Shown one piece after another: positions 58,437-64,000 of a stretch of 64,000 nt of DNA. The stretch covers positions 92,603-156,602 of the forward strand of contig CAMDBA010000001.1 in assembly GCA_945888995.1 (NCBI GenBank). The letters are read 5' to 3'. This DNA is from a bacterium UBP8_UBA817 (GTDB lineage: Bacteria > Margulisbacteria > Marinamargulisbacteria > CAMDBA01). The notes below the pieces were generated by a model, which had not been told where the DNA came from, searched no databases, and saw nothing but the letters and a program-made list of their open reading frames with translations. Each line of letters opens with the position of its first letter. Position 1 is the first letter of the stretch. A program made the position numbers and the translations under genes.

Positions 58437-61400
58437 TGGAATACCGCCCTTCGTATGGACAGACCGATTTATAGCCACAGCTTCGGCATATCGGGCTTCG
58501 CAAAGTCGGACTTCCGCCCAACTCCGGCACCGGATGAACATTAAAGAAACCATGAATAATGGCTTGTTTTAATTGAACAAGATAGGTCTTAAGGCGACTA
58601 AAATAGGCGCCGTCCAGCTCAGCCGGGCGAGTACGACCGACATTAAATACAGACTTGGCCTCCGATGCGAGGCAGAGAAGCTTCTTTCCGATTAAATCAT
58701 GACCTTTCACATAAAAAATAAATGCGGCCGCCAATGGGTTTTCCGGCCAGAGTTCTTTGGCCACCAACGAATAAACCGGAAGCTGCAAATGCCGGAACTC
58801 TTTACAATCGACCGGGAAGTATTGCCGACTTCCGGTCTTATAATCCAATACCGCCATAAACGCGCTGTCCGGATCTTTGAGAAGCATATCGATTTTCCCA
58901 CGCAGACGGATATTCCCGCTTTGAGAGTGAATCAAAACACCGTTCTCAAACAACAACTCTTCCTCACCCGCATCCGGCACCGATCCGAAGGGCAACTCCA
59001 AATGCCATGGAGTCAGGGGAAGCGGATTTTCAGACTCGTCTCTTAGGTACAGGTCTAAGAGGCCGGGGCGGTCTTCGGAACCCAAGAGGGAGAGACGGCG
59101 CAATTCCCACTCATAGGTCCCACCATCATATTTAGCAAAAATACTTTGGGCCACCTGAAACAATAAGTCTCTGGAATGACCAAAGCCGCTTTCACGGTTT
59201 TTTAGACGCATGTGATAATGATACAAAATTTCATGAACCAGAATTCCCCAAATAGCGGCTGAAATATCCTGGTCTTTTTCGGCAGGCGGCACTTCTGATA
59301 AAAGATAGCGAAAAAAATAACGGTGCGGACATTCCTGGTAGGTCTGCAATTGCGTCACCGAAAAAGAATAATCGCTATATTTTTCCGATAGGTACGATAA
59401 AATATTAGAATTAAAAAAAGGCTTATTTTCTCTATAAAAGGTCTGATTTCGACTATACGCGTTCATGCGTGATTGAATCTGACACTCATTTTCGTTCCGG
59501 GATAATAACGGAGAGTCTCCCTGCTCTCTTAATTCCCTGCCGCAGGCCACTGCCCATTCATCGTGGCAATAAAGCAGATCGGGCGACACGACTTCCGGTT
59601 CCAGCCGAATATCGGCTGCATCAAGAAGACTCAAAAAATGAGACGGAAGCAGTTCTTCGGTTCCACGTTGCCGAGGATAGGAGATACCAAGGGTTTTGGC
59701 ATGGGCGGTCAATTTTAAAAATTGGTACCGCGCATCGTTATAGGGCTGCCGGGAGTCGACGGCGCCTTCAAAAAGCACGGCATCGGTATCCGACATAAAC
59801 GATCCCGGCCAGCAGTCTTCCAAAAACCCCATCACCCAGACAATAGGGCGACGCACCAACCCCGCATCCGACGGAGAGACGACTATGATACCGTCTGTCC
59901 GTCCCGAAAAAGGAACGGCGGTTTGCTTAAACAATGTCATCAAATGGCTCGCCGCCTCGGGCATTTTAAAGGCATTTTCATATAAGACCGGGTCTAAGCT
60001 CAAAAATGTGTCCAAAACGTCAAATAACGCGTGATAAGCAGATATCTCCTGAAGTGAGTGACCTGTCAGCCGGGAACCGAACCCATCTTTGAGATGACTT
60101 ACAAATTGAAACCGTTCTAACATCGTCCGGATATGCTCTACAAACTCCGGCAACGATTTCAGCTGTCGGCATGTGTCGAGATAGCCTGCGATAATTTCGA
60201 GACCTCGGGTTTGGGCGGCCATGGCGTCGATCTGCGAAGCCATTCCCGGATCCGGTTCATCCTCACGGTTAAGAAGGTCCTGCAACAAGACTTGCTTCTT
60301 TTGCCAATGCTGCATCCAATCCTCAAGGGTGGCTACCTGATTAAATTCAGCCGAGATCGAGGCAATGTCATCGGGGTAGATCGGGTGAAGTGCTCCTGAG
60401 GCCGGATCGATGACGCTCTGAACAAAAGGGGAACGTAAAAACCGGATCAGTAATGCGTTTTCAAAACGACCCGACGCCAGCTTCAAAAAATTCACCACAA
60501 AAAGCGCCACTGCGGATTTGGACAATGCTGGCCGTTCGGGAAGGTAAACAGGAAGGCCGTAATGGGCAAATACTTGCTGGATCGACGCACGATACGCCCC
60601 GTCTTCCGGCACAACTAACGCAATGTCATCGGCAAAATACGCCGGATTCTCATCACATTGTGCTCTAATCAGACGCGCAAGATCGGTTATCTCAGATTTC
60701 ATGCTTTGCGCGATCAGCAATTTTGCAACACGGGGCTCGTGGCTTTTTTGTCCTGGCCGCAATGAGGGCGAAAGTCCCGCCATTTTCATATAAAAAGAGT
60801 GAACGGCCTGCGAGGCAGGCTCGTCTGCCTGGTAGCTCAGATGCACCGCGCTTTGGCGGGAAAACCCGATCAAGGCCAATAGGCATCGCTCTTTGATCGG
60901 AGAGGTTTGTCCGAATCCCCATAAAAAGAGGTCATGACCCTGCGCCATCGGCCTAAGCATTGAAAATCCGGATTTTTCAGCGAGCCTAAATAAGTCACTC
61001 ATATCCTTCCATCCCAAAGACTCTCGGATTCGGAGATAGCGTTTCAAAACCGGATTTAACGCCGCAAACCGTGGTCCGACCGGCAAGCGATCCATATCCA
61101 GACCTGCTTGCAAATGGATGGTAATCAGACGGTAGACTTTATTTAGGGCACCTTTGGTTTGTAAAAACGCCTTTGTTTCGGCGTCACAGGTCAGATCATC
61201 GATTAATTTAGCTAAAATAAGCTTGGAGACGCCTTTCATGTCACGCGGCGCATAGGGCATGGTCATTAAAATCAGATCATCAAGGCTCAAAACGTCCGGC
61301 AAATCCCGACGGTCCGGAGCCGCGTAGTGCGATAAGGCATAATACGCTTCGATTTTGGCACGCGTATTCGGCACGACGACATACCTATCGTCCCCATTCG

Positions 61401-61473
61401 CAGACAGTGCCGCCTCCCAAAATGCCTGATCACTATGTTTAAAAGTGTCGTAAAAAAGGGCAACCGGGCCCAT
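58429..61473 (-). CDS. AddB-like inactive helicase with PD-(D/E)XK nuclease
   Basis: SVTQLQTYQECP, GKID..LDYKTG, LQLPVY, CRSCGYKSVCP; no Walker A. Confidence 0.82.
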   Translation of the reverse strand: MGPVALFYDTFKHSDQAFWEAALSANGDDRYVVVPNTRAKIEAYYALSHYAAPDRRDLPDVLSLDDLILMTMPYAPRDMKGVSKLILAKLIDDLTCDAETKAFLQTKGALNKVYRLITIHLQAGLDMDRLPVGPRFAALNPVLKRYLRIRESLGWKDMSDLFRLAEKSGFSMLRPMAQGHDLFLWGFGQTSPIKERCLLALIGFSRQSAVHLSYQADEPASQAVHSFYMKMAGLSPSLRPGQKSHEPRVAKLLIAQSMKSEITDLARLIRAQCDENPAYFADDIALVVPEDGAYRASIQQVFAHYGLPVYLPERPALSKSAVALFVVNFLKLASGRFENALLIRFLRSPFVQSVIDPASGALHPIYPDDIASISAEFNQVATLEDWMQHWQKKQVLLQDLLNREDEPDPGMASQIDAMAAQTRGLEIIAGYLDTCRQLKSLPEFVEHIRTMLERFQFVSHLKDGFGSRLTGHSLQEISAYHALFDVLDTFLSLDPVLYENAFKMPEAASHLMTLFKQTAVPFSGRTDGIIVVSPSDAGLVRRPIVWVMGFLEDCWPGSFMSDTDAVLFEGAVDSRQPYNDARYQFLKLTAHAKTLGISYPRQRGTEELLPSHFLSLLDAADIRLEPEVVSPDLLYCHDEWAVACGRELREQGDSPLLSRNENECQIQSRMNAYSRNQTFYRENKPFFNSNILSYLSEKYSDYSFSVTQLQTYQECPHRYFFRYLLSEVPPAEKDQDISAAIWGILVHEILYHYHMRLKNRESGFGHSRDLLFQVAQSIFAKYDGGTYEWELRRLSLLGSEDRPGLLDLYLRDESENPLPLTPWHLELPFGSVPDAGEEELLFENGVLIHSQSGNIRLRGKIDMLLKDPDSAFMAVLDYKTGSRQYFPVDCKEFRHLQLPVYSLVAKELWPENPLAAAFIFYVKGHDLIGKKLLCLASEAKSVFNVGRTRPAELDGAYFSRLKTYLVQLKQAIIHGFFNVHPVPELGGSPTLRSPICRSCGYKSVCPYEGRYSNG

Positions 61474-61538
61474 AGGGTCTCCACTTTCTTTTTTTATGCT
61501 AGATTATAGGGGTTGGTATCATTCTAGGATAGATCCGT

Positions 61539-63638
61539 ATGAAAAATAACACCGTCCTTAGTCAAGACCCCCTCGATACGCCCCTTCAGCTGCTAAAAGG
61601 GATCGGGCCGTCCATTGCAAAACGGCTTGAAAAATTATCGTGCTCGACCGTCAGAGACTTTCTTTATGCGTTTCCTCGCGGGTACGAAGACCGGCGGAAC
61701 TTGCCAAAACTCTCGGCGATTAACCTGGGTGAATCCCAAACCGTAGTAGGCAAATTGCGACATCTCACCGAACAAATCCCCCGGCCCGGATTGTCGATCT
61801 TAAAAGGCACGATTGAAGACGAAACCGGCCGACTGAGCGTTGTATGGTTTAATCAAGGGTTTTTGAAAAAAACACTCAAAATTGGCCTGGATATCGTCCT
61901 TAATGGCAAGATTGAGGTTAATTCCTATGCGCAGGAAACACAGATGACAGTGGCCGAAACAGACATCTTATTTTCTCCAAAAGATCGTGCTGACAAGCTC
62001 GGCAAGGTATTGCCCAGCTACCCGTTAACCGCCGGACTGTTTCAATCAAGCCTGCGAAAATTATCCGCGTCATTATTAAGCCAGTACCTACCGCACCTCA
62101 AAGACCCACTGCCCGACACGACTCGCAAGCAGTTTGAATTAGCACCCCTGGCCTTTTGTATTCAAAACATTCACTTTCCTGCGTCTCGACAAGCCTACAT
62201 TCATGCCAAAAGACGGCTCGTATTCGATGAATTTTTGTATCTGCAATTAGCGGTGCTCCAAAGAAAACACCTCTTAGCCGAAGATGTCACGGCAGAGCCC
62301 TTGATAACCCAGGGCCCACTTATCGATACTTATATCGCCAACCTTCCTTACACACTTACGGGCGCTCAGCAGCGGGCAATTAAAGACATCCGGTTCGACA
62401 TTGAAAAACCGAAGATGATGAACCGTCTCATCCAAGGCGATGTCGGAGCTGGCAAAACCGATGTCGCGATTTTTGCCCTGCTTTGCGCAATTGAAACCGA
62501 AAAAAAAGGCATTCTGATGGCCCCGACGGAGATTTTGGCCGAGCAACATTTTTATAAGCTCAAAAAACACTTGGGCCACCTAGGAATCCCGATCACGCTT
62601 CTCAAAGGTAAGCAAAAAGTAAAAGAGCGGCGGGCGGCGCTCGACACTCTTCGGCAAGAAGGCGGCGGCATTGTCGTCGGCACTCACGCGCTCCTGGAAG
62701 ATCCTGTCGAGATTCCGGATATCGGTCTGGTTGTGATCGATGAACAGCATCGATTCGGGGTTATCCAACGGCTCAAATTGAAAGCCAAAGGATATAATCC
62801 GCATTGCCTATTTATGACGGCGACACCGATTCCAAGATCACTGCTGCTCACCAGCTTCGGTGATCTCGAAAAATCGATTATGGACGAATTACCACCCGGT
62901 AGAATTCCGGCTCAGACCCGCTGTATCCGGCATTCGCAACTTCCGGATTGTTATCGCTTTTGCGAGACACAATTATCGGTCGGGCATCAGGTATTCGTGG
63001 TGTACCCTCTAGTCGAAGAATCCGAAAAACTAGATCTCAAATCCGCCATAGACGGGCATCTGGAATTGCAATCCGAGGTCTTCCTTCAGTATAAAGTCGG
63101 GCTGATTCACGGCCGCATGTCGGCTGCTGAAAAGGCGGATATTATGGACCAATTCAAGCAAAATCAGATACAAATCTTGGTTGCGACGACCGTCATTGAA
63201 GTCGGCATCGATGTGCCCAATGCCACCACAATGATCATTCATCATGCCGAGCGATTCGGACTCTCTCAGCTCCATCAGCTGCGGGGACGGATCGGCCGGG
63301 GTGGACATGCCTCGTATTGCTTTTTGGTCACTGCGCCTAAATCTCTTAATAGCAAAAAACGGCTTCAGGCCATGGTCGAGACGACATGCGGATTTAAGCT
63401 TGCCGAGCATGATTTGGCGATTCGTGGGCCGGGAGATATGCTCGGGACCCGGCAGGCAGGATTGCCGGACCTGCAAATTGCCGACCTAGTAAAAGACGAA
63501 GCGACGTTACTGCTTGCTAGAAAATGCGCGACCGAATTATTGGACGCAGATCCTAACCTTACCAGGCCTGAACATGCCTTATTAAGGAAGCAGTCCCTCG
63601 CTCACCAGAATATTGTGTACTATCATAAGCTCAACTAA
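61539..63638 (+). CDS. recG: ATP-dependent DNA helicase RecG
   Basis: LIQGDVGAGKT, DEQHRFG, MTATPIPR, AERFGLSQLHQLRGRIGRG. Confidence 0.96.
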   Translation: MKNNTVLSQDPLDTPLQLLKGIGPSIAKRLEKLSCSTVRDFLYAFPRGYEDRRNLPKLSAINLGESQTVVGKLRHLTEQIPRPGLSILKGTIEDETGRLSVVWFNQGFLKKTLKIGLDIVLNGKIEVNSYAQETQMTVAETDILFSPKDRADKLGKVLPSYPLTAGLFQSSLRKLSASLLSQYLPHLKDPLPDTTRKQFELAPLAFCIQNIHFPASRQAYIHAKRRLVFDEFLYLQLAVLQRKHLLAEDVTAEPLITQGPLIDTYIANLPYTLTGAQQRAIKDIRFDIEKPKMMNRLIQGDVGAGKTDVAIFALLCAIETEKKGILMAPTEILAEQHFYKLKKHLGHLGIPITLLKGKQKVKERRAALDTLRQEGGGIVVGTHALLEDPVEIPDIGLVVIDEQHRFGVIQRLKLKAKGYNPHCLFMTATPIPRSLLLTSFGDLEKSIMDELPPGRIPAQTRCIRHSQLPDCYRFCETQLSVGHQVFVVYPLVEESEKLDLKSAIDGHLELQSEVFLQYKVGLIHGRMSAAEKADIMDQFKQNQIQILVATTVIEVGIDVPNATTMIIHHAERFGLSQLHQLRGRIGRGGHASYCFLVTAPKSLNSKKRLQAMVETTCGFKLAEHDLAIRGPGDMLGTRQAGLPDLQIADLVKDEATLLLARKCATELLDADPNLTRPEHALLRKQSLAHQNIVYYHKLN

Positions 63639-64000
63639 TGCGTATTATCTCGGGCAAATATCGAGGAAAATCCCTCTTATATCCCAAAGATCCCGCCCTC
63701 AGACCCACGCAAGACCGGGTCAAAGAGGCGATGTTCGGCATTGTGCAATTTCAGGTGCCGGATGCCGTCGTGCTGGATTTATTCTGCGGCACGGGATCGC
63801 TGGGGATCGAAGCGCTGTCTCGGGGCGCTTCTCATGCGGTTTTTGTAGACAAAGAGACTAAAATCTTATCCGAAAATCTCAAAAAAATCGACGGCTCTTT
63901 TAAAGTATTTCGGTCTGAGAGTTACCGATTTTTGAAGAAAAACGATCTGGTATTCGATCTTATTTTTATCGATCCCCCCTATGAGCGGCATGACTTATAC
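63638..64000 (+). CDS. rsmD: 16S rRNA m2G966 methyltransferase (3' end outside window)
   Basis: Manual translation MRIISGKYRG..RPTQDRVKE..LDLFCGTGSLGIEALSRGA..DPPY; ATG overlaps recG TAA. Confidence 0.9.
   Translation, partial: MRIISGKYRGKSLLYPKDPALRPTQDRVKEAMFGIVQFQVPDAVVLDLFCGTGSLGIEALSRGASHAVFVDKETKILSENLKKIDGSFKVFRSESYRFLKKNDLVFDLIFIDPPYERHDLY

Noticed and set aside
63613-63861. 82-aa ORF after recG
   Set aside because: Wrong frame; the real gene is rsmD starting at 63638

Overview
This is a 64-kb chromosomal segment of a diderm bacterium (standard genetic code), dominated by housekeeping genes: iscS, lysC, secDF, lysS, lpxB, a fabZ-lpxA fusion, tyrA/aroH/birA/ribF/truB/DHH/rbfA/infB/nusA, ftsK, cysS, panB, cdaA, lysA, cimA, panD, def, rpsO-pnp-M16, holA, murI, an amidase, ftsZ, parAB, comEA, an addAB-like pair, recG and rsmD, plus tRNA-Leu(CAG) and tRNA-Val(TAC). 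The mix of lipid A genes, AroH, lysA-cdaA synteny, AddAB and ComEA suggests a Cyanobacteria-sister lineage such as Margulisbacteria; this is inference only. Two identical parS-like palindromes near parAB suggest the region is origin-proximal. The standout is a 9-kb plus-strand module (12571-21551) lying against the minus-strand core genes. It encodes an unannotated 31-aa ORF, a urea-transporter-like/M23-peptidase fusion, an outer-membrane beta-barrel, a secreted TPR protein, a large Rv2531c-like PLP decarboxylase, an ATP-grasp ligase and a C45 Ntn-hydrolase. I hypothesise an amide or poly-amino-acid synthesis and trans-envelope export system. All calls come from motif recognition by eye; no searches were run.
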